A DNA stretch of 64,000 nt from Deltaproteobacteria bacterium (GTDB lineage Bacteria > SAR324 > NAC60-12): the NCBI GenBank assembly GCA_002685535.1, contig NYXK01000186.1:2027-66026 (forward strand). Reading direction: 5' to 3'. Numbering within the stretch: the stretch's first letter is position 1; each line of letters starts with the position of its first letter. The notes under the pieces are model-generated. The model had not been told where the DNA came from. It ran no database searches and was given only the letters and a program-made list of their open reading frames with translations. Shown piece by piece: positions 23,501 through 34,746 of this stretch. The position numbers and the translations under genes were made by a program.

Positions 23501-26500
23501 AAGTTCTCTGTGTACTTCTCAACGTCGCCGGCAGATAGCGATGAAAATGCGGTCCGGAAAGATTGCAGGGTTGCATCCTTCGTGGAATCCCACTGAAACG
23601 TCATTTGCCTTTGGTCTTCAGTCAAGTCCATGTCTGTTGAATCGCTGGCAAGGTGCTCGGTAACGGTGAAATGCTTCCACTCAGGTCGGAACCAAATGCA
23701 ACTTGCCGAATTGATGACATCCTCTTCCTCAATCCATGACTCTAATTCGGCGGCTGTATCGCTGCTGTGAGCATAGTCGAATAGGCGAGATGCAGCATCT
23801 ATTTCTCTGGCCGCGTATGAGATCCAAACTCTGAATTGATCCGGCAACGACAATGCAGGGTTATCAGTGTCATCGTAGTCCAGAAGTACTGCTCTCGAAA
23901 GTTCTCGAATTGCTCTAGCAAGGCCCGCAAAGTCTCCATGCTGAAAAGTGCTGTATCTCTCCGTGCCAGCAAGGCGAATACCTACTTCTGCAGAGTGTGA
24001 GCCTTGAGGGGGCACACCCTCACACACCGCAATTTCATCCGCGTTGTAGCTGTCAATATGCTTGTTGACGGAATTGTAGAACTCCTCTGTGATTTGCACT
24101 CCATCCCAGCCCAGGTGTGCGTTCAGCAGTATGACGTCTTGAGTCGGCCGACGTATACCACCAGGATAGTGCACCTTCATGGCTGACAAGAATCCATCCT
24201 GGATTTGGTTCATGCCATACCGACCATAACGCGGAGTTGGTAGTTTCCAATACGACTCCTTGTCTTTGCCCCTTAGTACAAGGCAGTCTCGAACATTTTT
24301 TGAGGGTGTAAGATCTTTTGTGGAGATCTTGTTGCACTTGCGAACGAACACAGGCCATGGATACTCAGCGTTTCCGGGGATGTCCTTGATATGCTTGTCA
24401 AATTGTTCGGTGTATCTGTCCCATAGTATTTCGATGACTGTCGGCGGGCTCGTATGATGCAAGTCAACAGTAAAGGACCAACCTTTGCCGCCCCTCTGTA
24501 GGCCAAGAAGCCAACGAGCACCTGCTTGGAAAGACTCGGCACTTTTCTCCACCATGATCTTTCCTCCATATCCATAGATATACGCAGATTGTGTAGCAGG
24601 AACAGAGCTTGTAGTGTAGGGAAATGTCTGGTTCTTTGGGTCGAATCCCTGTATACCTTGGCCTAGCATGGGTCTAAAAGGAGGGTGCATATCTGGCGAC
24701 GGGAAAGTGGGTGACGGTTTGAAGGGAAGAACGTTGAACGCCGTGAAGGTCGAGACTGGATTCTCGTTGGAGGGTCGAACGACAATGTTCCAATCGGCTT
24801 CGCCGCGGAAAAGGCGAGGCTTGATGTCCTCCTCGAATTTCTTCTCCAACGAAGCCTTTGTGATCTGTACCGTGTGGCTAAAATCAAGAGCTCGAGTTGC
24901 GCTATTAACGCGGTTCAGCTGATTTGAATAAAGATCAACAGCGAACTCCCAATCAGAATTGTGATCAATCCCTAGAAGTCTCAAGGCTCGATTGCCAAAA
25001 CTTTGGCTTATGGGCTTGATTTCACGACCCTCTTTGTTCCGATAGATTGTTGCAATTTCTCGTGGTTTCCTAGCCTGTGGCGGAGCCGTGACCTGCGAGG
25101 CTGATCGGGGTCTACTACTTGGAGGCCAATGACTAGGTGGCTGTGTGATAGTCTCGTGGACAACGACAGTCCAACCTGTCTGTTGGAAAATACGCTTTTG
25201 AATAGCCATGTACTGCCGCAAATTTGCTGTCAAGGGATAAAGTATTGAATGGTCGAGCGGTGCCCCTGACCCACCAATTGGTTTGTCTAGCTGGTTCGAA
25301 TACAAGCTCACGGTCTTTGATCTTGCACCACCTGGCAACAATGTTTTGAGGGAGTCGGTAAACGATTTCGCGTTGTTCTCGAAATGTTGTGATGATTCGT
25401 TTGGGTATGCGAAGACTATGCCCATTGACGTTTCCGCTTGTTCAGATTGCAGTGGATCAACCTGCGTTGGCGTTGCTGATGGTAAATATGTTGCATCCTT
25501 GTGTCTTAAAGGACGTGATGCTGGTAGTCTTCCCAAATTCAGCACATCAGTGTTGTGGGGGCCTCGTGCCGGAATGCTGAATGGACCGGTAAACTTTTCG
25601 CCATTCATCCGAAGATGGTAATAGTCCACAGAAAAGGCCCAGTTTTCGTCAGAAATTCTGTCCCTCAGATAGGAGTCCCATGTCTTGTCGAAGTCTCCTT
25701 TGGAAATAATGAAGCTTCTCACGAAAGGCTTATTCGGTGTCCTCTTGTATCGCTCCGAATTTTCGAATTGGTCCACAACGATGGTCCACTCCGAGTCAGG
25801 GTGCAGATCAAGAGCCTCGAATGCAGCTTTGCGGAACTCATCTGCGGAAACTTCGTCGTCAACGGCTTTGAGCTTGATACTCGCGCCATATCGACTGAAT
25901 AGATACCGCTGAGAGTTTCCGCCTCCGCCACGCAGTTGGAGTGGGGATCCAGTTGGTTGTATGGACATCCGAGCGTATTGATCACGAGCAACGCTGCCGT
26001 GCTGGGTTTCCATTTGCTCGAGTTGTCTAGGTGTTGGCACAGTCGGCTGAACCATGTTTTGAGTCTTTGGTTTAGGCCCTATTTTGCATCAGCGGGGTAT
26101 CAGACAACTGAATTTTAAGAGCAGGGCTTACTACGGAGCATTGGAAAACCATAACTTCTCTCATGGTAGCAATCGAGAAACTCGAGTGGTTTCTCTGACC
26201 AGAAAATCCTCTGAACCCTCGGGATATCCAGCTCGTCGTCTTCGGGATCATCGCCTTCATCCCTGCCGCAGTTCGTCACGTTCGCATAAGTCGCTGGTTC
26301 GATGGGTAAGCCGAAGTGTAACATGGCCAGCTTTGTAGCGAGATTATCGTAGGTATTACTGAAGCGGCCCTCCGCTCCTAGAGCCTCCTTGTAGGGAAAT
26401 GTGTTCTCTTTTTGAAGTTCCAACCGAAGGTCCTGGTTGTGACCGGGTGGTAAAAGCAGTAACTCTTGAAAGCTGTCTTTCTGAAACCCAAGATTTCGGA

Positions 26501-26909
26501 AGACATCCAATAAGCCCATTTTCTCACTCTGGAGCATTCTCACGATTTCTGCTCGCTTTTCGATCCATGCTTGATCGGTTTCTTCGATATCGGGATCAAA
26601 CGGATCGTTCGTAACTTCAGCGGTACGCAAAATCCTCTTGATGTCTGCAACTGCGCTGGCCGCGTCCATAAAATTGGCCGTCCTTCGTTGCTGCTCTGCG
26701 CGCTCCTCTGCGGTTGGAGGCGGAGGAGACGGCGTCGGGCTCCCTACATACCTCCCGGGGTCATATACTGGCTCTGATGATGCGAACGGGTTCCAAATAC
26801 TTCGTCTCGATCTTTGTGTGGGTCTTTGGTGATCGACATCATGCCCAGCATCTCGTTTCTTGCTTCTCCAACGATCTCCGTAACCATCAAATGGAGAAGT
26901 TCCCGCCAT
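20521..26909 (-). CDS. Giant (2,052 aa) repeat-containing multi-zinc-finger protein of unknown function
   Basis: Five ORFs join with closing phases. Exons are 26909..26132, 26078..23364, 23313..22087, 22031..21299 and 21226..20521. Introns are 26079..26131 (GTAAGC..TAG, 53 nt), 23314..23363 (GTAAGT..TAG, 50 nt), 22032..22086 (GTATGT, CTAAC branch, TAG, 55 nt) and 21227..21298 (GTAAGT, CTGAC branch, CAG, 72 nt). Each donor overlaps or directly precedes the stop that ends the upstream ORF. Total CDS is 6,159 nt. The first true ATG is at 26909 (MAGTSPFDGY). Confidence 0.8.
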
Positions 26910-28457
26910 GATCGGCAATGATGGTGAAATGAGAAAAGACAGGATTTGTTGACAGAAGAGACACGGACGGGGGAGAAGAGAAGAAGGGAAACAATGCACA
27001 ACCGTTCTTTGAGCCGAGTCGAAATGGATTACATTCCAGAGACAATTGAAACGGGATAGCTAGCGAACTTGGGGGAAAAGAACAAAGAAATCCATCGATG
27101 GGCTCGTACACTTGTAAGACAGCTGAAAGCGAGAACAATTCGGGTATTTCGACTTCAGAATAGCCGAAAGCGGTTTTAGACATTTTGTACTGCGATGCTT
27201 GCAGTTCCTCACCTCCATAATGTAGTAATTCCGAAGCAGGTGGTTGCGAGCTGCCCCATTCCACATCGAAGTGAGGGATGGTTGCGGGATGGGTGTGCAC
27301 ACGGTAGCTGTGATGCATCTTCGACTGCCTGTTTGAGGATTGTGGGAGTTACTCTACTTTCGTGTATGAGTTGATGCATGGTTTTCGGTAGTTGTACTAG
27401 GCCCGATTGTTATTGAAGAAGGGGATCGATGTCTGTCGGTGTTGAAAGAAACAGAAGTCAAGACAGGACGGTCCTTCACCCGAGGCCGGAGTGTTGCATT
27501 ACAGGTGGGGCTCCCGTGACTCGCTTCATCTGCCCCTGTCAGATGGCCAGCCAGCCAGCCCTGGAAATCCAAATCCTTCCCGTACCTTACCTACCTCACG
27601 TCTCCTGCCCTTCTTTTCTACAACACACTTACCTCTCATAAATATGTGGCAGTCAATTTCACGACGACTATCCAGTACCTGCATTAAAAACGCTGAGAAT
27701 CAGCATCTACGTCACGTCAACTATCTTTAATTGTGCCGTGTTCCACCTCAATGGGCCGACTGGCTTCTCGCCGTTCACTTCTTAGGCATGGCGACGGCCA
27801 CGTGAAGCAGGACTCGGTTACCAGAATGGGATCTTACGAGATTCCCAGTCCTAGTCTGCGGTCTCTTCTGCAACCCTGCCGCGGTGCGGCGTTCAATCAA
27901 GCATTACTGCACCCCGATTGCTTCAGTGGAGGAGTTCGAGTCGTCGTATGCGGGGTAATGTACTCTGCATACATCCAGAAGTCATCGTATGTCTCTCTTG
28001 AGAGACGAGATGCAGTCATTTTGGTCCACTGTCTGAATATGCGCACCGGTACTAGTGAAACCCCCAAGTAGTAACCAAATCACGCAGTTGTCTTCTCCCT
28101 ATTCAGTCTGCTACTTGCTCTTCGATAGCCAAGTATGTTTCATCAAGAGTGAGGCACAGTGGCCATCACAGGACGAAATCCTCAGATGCTCCGGCTCTGT
28201 TCTCTCGTAAGTACCCAAATTCTCGCGAATGATTGCATAAGCTGGTTTTCATTTCGTATCGAATCTCCAATTGGATCTGTCTGCATGCTGCAGGTCGGGT
28301 CGAATTTGATATTGTGCTCAGGCATGCTCGCAAATCGGTTGCACTACCAAAGTTTTGGTAGTACATGCAATCATGATTATCGCACACAGTTCCCAGTATA
28401 AGAGAATCTATATCTCCCTCCTCCCAGAGTCTAATGAACCCTTTCAACTAATATCCG

Positions 28458-30495
28458 ATGCAACTTCTCAACATGTTTAGATTTCTGGTCTTCATCGCTG
28501 TCTCCCTTTATCCATTCATAACCCTCGCCTCTCCTCAGACCTTCACCAAAATCGTGCAATGCCTAACCACATCCGGCATCCCACAAGCCCATCCCGGCAC
28601 GTCCTCTTTCAGCCAGCTCATCATCCCCCTCAACCTCCGTCTAAACTACACACCCATCGCCCTTGCTCTCCCCACCACAGTTCCTCAAGTTCAAGCTGCA
28701 GTCAAATGCGCCGCCAAGTTAGGCGTGAAAGTCAACCCGCGATCAGGCGGCCACAGCTATGCATCTCATAGCATTGGAGGTGAAGATGGGCATCTCGTGA
28801 TTGATTTGAAGTATTTCAGAGAAACCGTTCTGGACAGCAAGACGAATGTTGCAACTGTTGGACCGGGTGCTAGATTAGGAAATGTGGCTGTGGCACTTTA
28901 CGAGCAGGGTGGGCGGGCAATGGCTCACGGAATCTGTCCTGGGTGAGTACAGATAATTCCCTTCCTCTGCCTTCTCACAGAGCAGAAGTACGAAGCAAAA
29001 AAAACAATTTGTTGACATCGCCCCTACAGCGTCGGCGTCGGCGGGCATGTCCTCCACGGCGGTCAAGGTTACAGCACCCACACCCACGGTCTCTTCCTGG
29101 ATTTCCTCCTCTCGACCGAGATCGTACTCGCCGACGGATCCCTCGTGACAGCCTCCAGCACCCAAAACAGCGAACTTTTCTGGGCTCTTCGCGGCGCAGG
29201 CATGTCTTTTGGAATCGTCACATCTTTCAAATTCCGCACCATCGCTGCTCCGGCCGAGAATGTCATCTTCTACTACCCGTATCTCTGGAATCAAGCGCAA
29301 GCTCGTGCTGGTTGGGAAGCATGGCAGGAGTACTGTGGTGGGTCTACTGACCCGATCATCCCGCGAGAAATGAATATTCGCTGGGTAGTGGTGAACTATG
29401 CGAGTGGGTATATGATTTTCTTGCTAGAGGGGGCATATCATGGATCTCAAGCGGACTTCCTGGTGGCGATCAAACCGCTTTTGAGTGCGTTGGAGATGGT
29501 GGGGGGTCTGCAAGCTGACATTAGAGGGACTGGACCGCATAGTCTGGGTTGGTTGGATTCACTGCTTTATGCGAATAACAATGATTTGTTTGATGCTCAG
29601 GGAACTGGTGAGACTCTGGAGAGTCCTCTGAATTATACTGCTGTAAGTTGGTCTCAACCTCTCCTGATAGTTGCTTCTATCCGCTCTTACGGAATACTAC
29701 TGACTCACAAACTACTAGCATTCGACATTCGTGAGTTCACCTGACATGTGCATCTAATCGATGCGAAGCAAAAAGATGATAGCTAATGAAAGGCAAACAG
29801 TTCACCAAAAGCCTAATGACAGACAACCTCTCACCAGTCGGAATCGATGCCTTCATCAATCAACTCTACACAACCGGTCCCACCAGTCCAGCCGTATGTT
29901 TTCCATTTTGTCCAGTCAACCCTCTTCCCTCTCCCCCTCCCATCTGACTCCTGCCTTAACTTCATCCACCTCATCCTTGCTTCTCCTTCTACTTACCCCC
30001 TCAACATCCTTTCTAACTCTCATTCTCACAGGGCTGGTATTTCATAATCTACACCCAAGGGGGCCCCACCTCCGCCGTCCCCCTCACGCCCTCCTCAACA
30101 ACATCCTACGCCCACCGCTCCTCCCTCTACGAATGGCAACTCGTAGCCCAAGTCGCCGCGCCACCATTCCCAGATGCCGGGATACAATGGCTGAATGATT
30201 TCGTTGGTGCGATTTTAGATGTTGAGGAGGGGGCGGGAGAGAAGAAACTGGGTATGTATTACAATTATGCGGATCCGAGTTTGGGGAGAGTGGAGGCGGG
30301 GGGACGATATGTGAGTTTAATTTCTTCTTACTATATTTTTACTTCTGGTTGATTTGTCGGGTTCGAGGTATTGGGATTCTGAGTGAAGAGCTGATACATG
30401 TGATGTCGTAGTGGCTACAGAACTACCCACGCCTAAAAGCCATCAAAAAGAAAGTCGATCCGAGATCTGTGTTTACGAATCCACAGACGGTATAA
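28458..30495 (+). CDS. Secreted FAD-linked oxidoreductase, berberine-bridge-enzyme-like (VAO/PCMH family)
   Basis: Signal-peptide-like N-terminus (MQLLNMFRFLVFIAVSLYPFITLASP). FAD-binding blocks are PRSGGHSYASHSIGG and, across the first intron, CPG|VGVGGHVLHGGQGY. The BBE-type C-terminus reads YYNYADPSL...WLQNYPRLKAIKKKVDPRSVFTNPQTV. Exons are 28458..28942, 29030..29642, 29719..29730, 29801..29893, 30032..30310 and 30412..30495. Phases close, giving 521 aa. Confidence 0.9.
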
Positions 30496-30651
30496 ATTAC
30501 TTCGTGGAATATCATATCCCATTACTGGAGTATGCAGCTCATGTCACCTATGTGAACAAAGAACCAATTATGGGTATCTATATCGCAACTCCAAACAGTC
30601 CATTCGTTATAAGTGCTCCTTCCAAGCCCAAGATCTACATGCGATCCAAAT

Positions 30652-31047
30652 TCATTCATTTCCTCCAAATCTTCCGCGTTCTTCTCTTAGCTTCGCCATT
30701 CGGCACTTCTCCATCAGATACCACGTTGTTATTCCCGACGGGTTTGCGGCTTTCCGCTGTTCTGATATCTCGGCACGGGTTAGTCATGATCGAGCTCAGT
30801 GGTTCGAAATCATACCTTTGCTTTTGGGATGGATAAACCGTACACTGGTCATTGCTGGAAGCAGATGGCTGCTGGCAAGAAGGAGCTTCTTTTCATCGGA
30901 GAAATTCCAATGGGAGTCTGGCACGAGACAGGACGTGTCATGGCGAGAGATCGACTCGTTATGGGCTGACCAGTTGGAGTGTACCTGGGATCTTGAGACG
31001 ACCTTCACGTTCTTAGGACCAGTGTACAGGTATTTTAAGGATTGCAA
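30652..31047 (-). other. Possible 3' part of a spliced gene of unknown function, convergent with the FAD oxidase
   Basis: ORF 30796..31047 (- strand) ends at a GTATGA donor (30815). A 54-nt intron with a GACTAAC branch and CAG acceptor (30762..30815) continues in frame to a stop at 30652 (...KSKEQRKAANPSGITTWYLMEKCRMAKLREERGRFGGNE). I found no start codon or recognisable domain. Confidence 0.3.
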
Positions 31048-31847
31048 AGTAGGTCTGAATCTTGCAGTTCGTTTTCAGAATCACGGCTTCGGTCATTAGA
31101 TGATCAGGGAGCCCGGTGTCATCCTGGATCAGTCGCCACATGCGAGCCAAAGTCACCTTTGGGTGGAAGAGTTGCAAAGCCAGTAATCTTTTACAAAACA
31201 GAGCTACGTGGAGGGACTTAGGATGGTGTTGCCAGAATCATTGCTACATGATCTGACGTTAGCGAGGAAACTGACTGTAGAAAAAGTATGATCGCAAGAT
31301 CTTCTTGACAAACATTTCAGGGGGAGCGGATGATTCAAGAAGCTGGTTGTAGCATTCCTGCGCGAATATAACCTAAACTAGGAAACAGATGTGCGAATTC
31401 CAGGAAGTAAGCTTCAAGTTACAGTAGACTGCCTCCAGATCCCGAGCCCAATAATGCAATGGGTTAGTTACAGTTCACAACAAGCGAGGAAGCGAAGGCG
31501 ACACTGTTTACATCGGAAATTCACCCTTATGAACACGGATTCGTTCAAGACTCAAATGGTAGATTGACATTAGAAATCGCCAGATTAAACAGATGCGCAT
31601 TAACATACAACAACGAACTCGAAATCCAAATGTTTCCGGATATCAACTTTATAGAAATGCCATCCTACCAGATCTTGTTCACAGAACCATCTTTCTCATT
31701 CATCACTCAGCCCAGGAAGGGCCTGCTTAGGCCAAAATTTCCAATTCCGTCTCTATTGTTGGAGCAAAAGTCAAAAGTCAGCAAAGGTAGGGAGAGAGAA
31801 GATTATAAAAATCGAGCTCACGTACAACTCGGGTGATCCGCAGACAC

Positions 31848-32599
31848 TCAACTTCCACAAGAGACTCTCATCTGCATATTGTATGCTTTCTTCATACTTC
31901 TCAATGGACCTCGGTGCCCTGCTGCGTTAGGGTCCGCCTCGTAGTACCAATCTTTGAACTCTTCAATCCTCGCTTTTGCTTCCTCTTTTGGAAGACTTGA
32001 TTTGGCTATAGTCTTTTCCCAGTCTATGACCTCACCCCATGGACCGGTTGAGGTCTCCACCTTGATACCGTCCAGTTCATTTAGCGATCCCCACATGAAA
32101 TTTGACAGCTCGAAGAACGACGTGATTTGGCGAGCATGAGAGCCTCGTCTGCTCGGTCACTCTCATCTTTCACCGTTTTCAATTCATCCTTGGTCAGTTT
32201 CGTTTTGATGTTGTTGACCATCCAACCCAGATCGCTGATCATTCTCGTGAAAGACCCTTGCCCTTTGATTACTTGCTCGGAGTCAAAACTGTCGGTCATT
32301 CCTATGTCTAACAAGCGCTGAGCCGTCTCCCGGATCGGCGGGAAGCGGTTCTCCTCGTCCGGCAGTATGTCTAGATGGGAGAAATCTGTTGTATCGATTG
32401 CTGCCATGACGTCTTTAAATCTCGCGTCCGAGGGACAATCGAGTAATATAGATCGAGAAGCGTCGGGACGGACGCTTGCGAGCTTGACGTCCAACAAGAA
32501 TGCATAGTATATCCACATACGTTCAAAGCCGTTAGCTAACCCGTCTGCAGATGCAAGTGTCGTCAAGAATAGGACACCGAAAACGATTGGGATCCTCAT
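31848..32599 (-). CDS. Small secreted protein of unknown function, with a frame discontinuity
   Basis: True ATG at 32599 followed by a signal-peptide-like MRIPIVFGVLFLTTLASA. ORF 32081..32599 and ORF 31848..32096 overlap in different frames, and I found no usable GT-AG solution. The downstream frame reads as good coding sequence (FFELSNFMWGSLNELDGIKVETSTGPWGEVIDWEKTIAKSSLPKEEAKARIEEFKDWYYEADPNAAGH). Confidence 0.5.
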
Positions 32600-33155
32600 A
32601 GTCGGACTAGCAATGAATGGTTAGACCGTTCGAAAGGAAGACCACACGACGGTTCATGACTGGATGCAATTTCTGGAATTCAAGTGCTGGATGTCAGGAC
32701 TTACATGGCTTCATGTGACAAAGCAACACCACAGTATTTCCAACATGTACCTCTGGATTCGCGAGACGAGCTTTGACCAGATTTTCCAATGCCTTCTCGC
32801 TAGTTGAGGAAGTATAACTTAAGCAGATCAGCTCCAATGAAGCAGAAGCCTTCTCCGTCGAAAGCTTCCTTGTCATGCTTGGGGAGACGCCGAGTGGTAT
32901 GCAACACTAGCTTCCTATGACCCAGCCCCTGAGCCGCAGATCACAGTAGTACTCTGAACCAACTCGAATCGTTCGCCAAGCTGAAGATATTCCCCGAGAC
33001 ATACCGCACGATACCCATCCCTGTCGACTTACAACCAAACCGATCTTCCTCTTTGATACTTCCGAAAGCACAGCAAGCATGCTGGGAGCCGATGCAGCTA
33101 GCGTGCCTCACCAATCTCCACCAGAACTTCCCGTCGTCCACCGACCCAAAGTTCG

Positions 33156-33815
33156 CTAAATCCCTCCACGATTGACTCGAATTTGCTCCCTCCGAACTCT
33201 CATAATGGCCTCATAGTTATGAATGTTCATTTCCCACTGGGTCCCTTTCTGTACAATACGAATCTCGGGGCACACATACCCAGGCATATCCTTAAAGTTC
33301 ACAATCAAGAGTCTCCGCATGGAACCTATCAGGTTCGCCCGGGCATAGAGAGACTCGGCGGATATTATTTCTAGTCTGGAGAGATTCGCCATGTCCGTAA
33401 ATTCGCCGCGGCACTCCCCATGGAAGTATTCCGCGCTCATACTCTCGACTATCATTTGACGCACGCGGGATTTGTCGAGCTGGCTGAGCTTGCAAAGATC
33501 CCACTCGGTGATATTAATAGTATCGAACTGGAAATTTGTCCACGTCAAGCGCGGATTCGACCCGTTTGTGAATGCAACCACGAAGAATGAGAGAGCTTCC
33601 AAGCGGGCTTCTCGGCAGGTGTGGAGAACAGACGGGACTGGATTGGAAGCGTGAAAGTATTGGAGTGGCCGCGTGAAACTTGTAGGATGATCAGAGCGAA
33701 TGATGAGATTCCTGGGCTCCATGGAAGTGAGGTGTGCTCTCCAGATCTGGATGCGTATCTCTTGCGGCAGGCGCGAGAAGGAGTGAAAGGTGTTCAGGGG
33801 GATGGGGGCTGACAT
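33156..33815 (-). CDS. 2EXR-domain family protein (single exon, 219 aa)
   Basis: The first true ATG at 33815 gives MSAPIPLNTFHSFSRLPQEIRIQIWRAHL, followed by VLHTCREARLEALSFF and FQFDTINI, matching the 2EXR family pattern. The leading 'M' in the track at 33872 is a TTG. Confidence 0.75.
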   Translation of the reverse strand: MSAPIPLNTFHSFSRLPQEIRIQIWRAHLTSMEPRNLIIRSDHPTSFTRPLQYFHASNPVPSVLHTCREARLEALSFFVVAFTNGSNPRLTWTNFQFDTINITEWDLCKLSQLDKSRVRQMIVESMSAEYFHGECRGEFTDMANLSRLEIISAESLYARANLIGSMRRLLIVNFKDMPGYVCPEIRIVQKGTQWEMNIHNYEAIMRVRREQIRVNRGGI

Positions 33816-34746
33816 CGGGTGAGCAGCGGTATAATCGTAATATTGTGGGTGAAAAGAAGGGCTTAATTTCAATCAGAAAGATTGCGATGATAAGTCGTGC
33901 GGACTCTGTAGATCCGGGATGAAGTTGTTGTTGACGGGAGAAGACAGATCAAGTTTTCCAGGTCTCCAATCATGAAGTTGTAGCACACCTGCAGTACCTT
34001 GAAGCGCCCTCGCCTAGCTAGGCAGGTCGCTAACACTGCCAAGTGTCTAGGATGCCGGTCCCGCAGTCATCTTAGGGTAATTTTAGCGAAGCACGTACGA
34101 CAAACTTCTTCCTGCCTGAGAGTACTCGTATCTTTCACTCTTACCAATCTTCAAGATTAACCCCAGGTAGGTATCCAGAAGCCAAAATGCAAAATCTTCA
34201 TTACCTTCAATCGTTCCAGACGATTTTGGTGCCATTCTCGGCGATACCACTCTAACTACGTCTGGGCAGAGGATCAAATTCTGTGACTGGGCCTATCTCC
34301 GCGCAGCTCAGCATTTTTCTGCCTCAACCTACCTTTAGAGAAGCTTACTCGATTAGCATACCGAAGCAGAGGACCAAATGTAGGGAACGGCGGTAAAGAT
34401 AGGTACGATCAAAAGGGGCAGATTGCATTGCTGCTCTATCCATTGACGTTTGGAACACGGAAATGCGACATGAGCGTTGCCCCCCTGAGAAATATGAGTC
34501 TAGAATATGCAAGTCGGCAACATACCTATGGTATCCCGGCGTACAGGTTCTCCAGTTCTTCGATCTTCAAGCTTGCCGATTGAGGTCCATCTTAGCAGGT
34601 GACTCGAGAAGAAGTTAGCCAGAAATGAGCACAGTCTGATGACAGTCATCAACGCGGTCTCGTGAAGTTTTCCGCTTTATGTTTTCCAAAGTCTCACTAC
34701 TTAGAGATCCTGACTCAATCGTACACGACGTACGAAACCTGTGAAC

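Noticed and set aside
18730-30495. Idea that the Zn2Cys6 factor, the BBE-like FAD oxidase and the nearby transporters form a secondary-metabolite gene cluster
   Set aside because: I could not recognise a core biosynthetic gene (PKS, NRPS, terpene cyclase, DMATS) anywhere in the window. The TF looks degenerate, and the transporters are tens of kb away among housekeeping genes.
30795-30815. GGTTCGAA sequence resembling a tRNA T-loop
   Set aside because: The flanking bases do not form a T-stem or an acceptor stem, and no cloverleaf can be drawn. I saw no other tRNA-like element.
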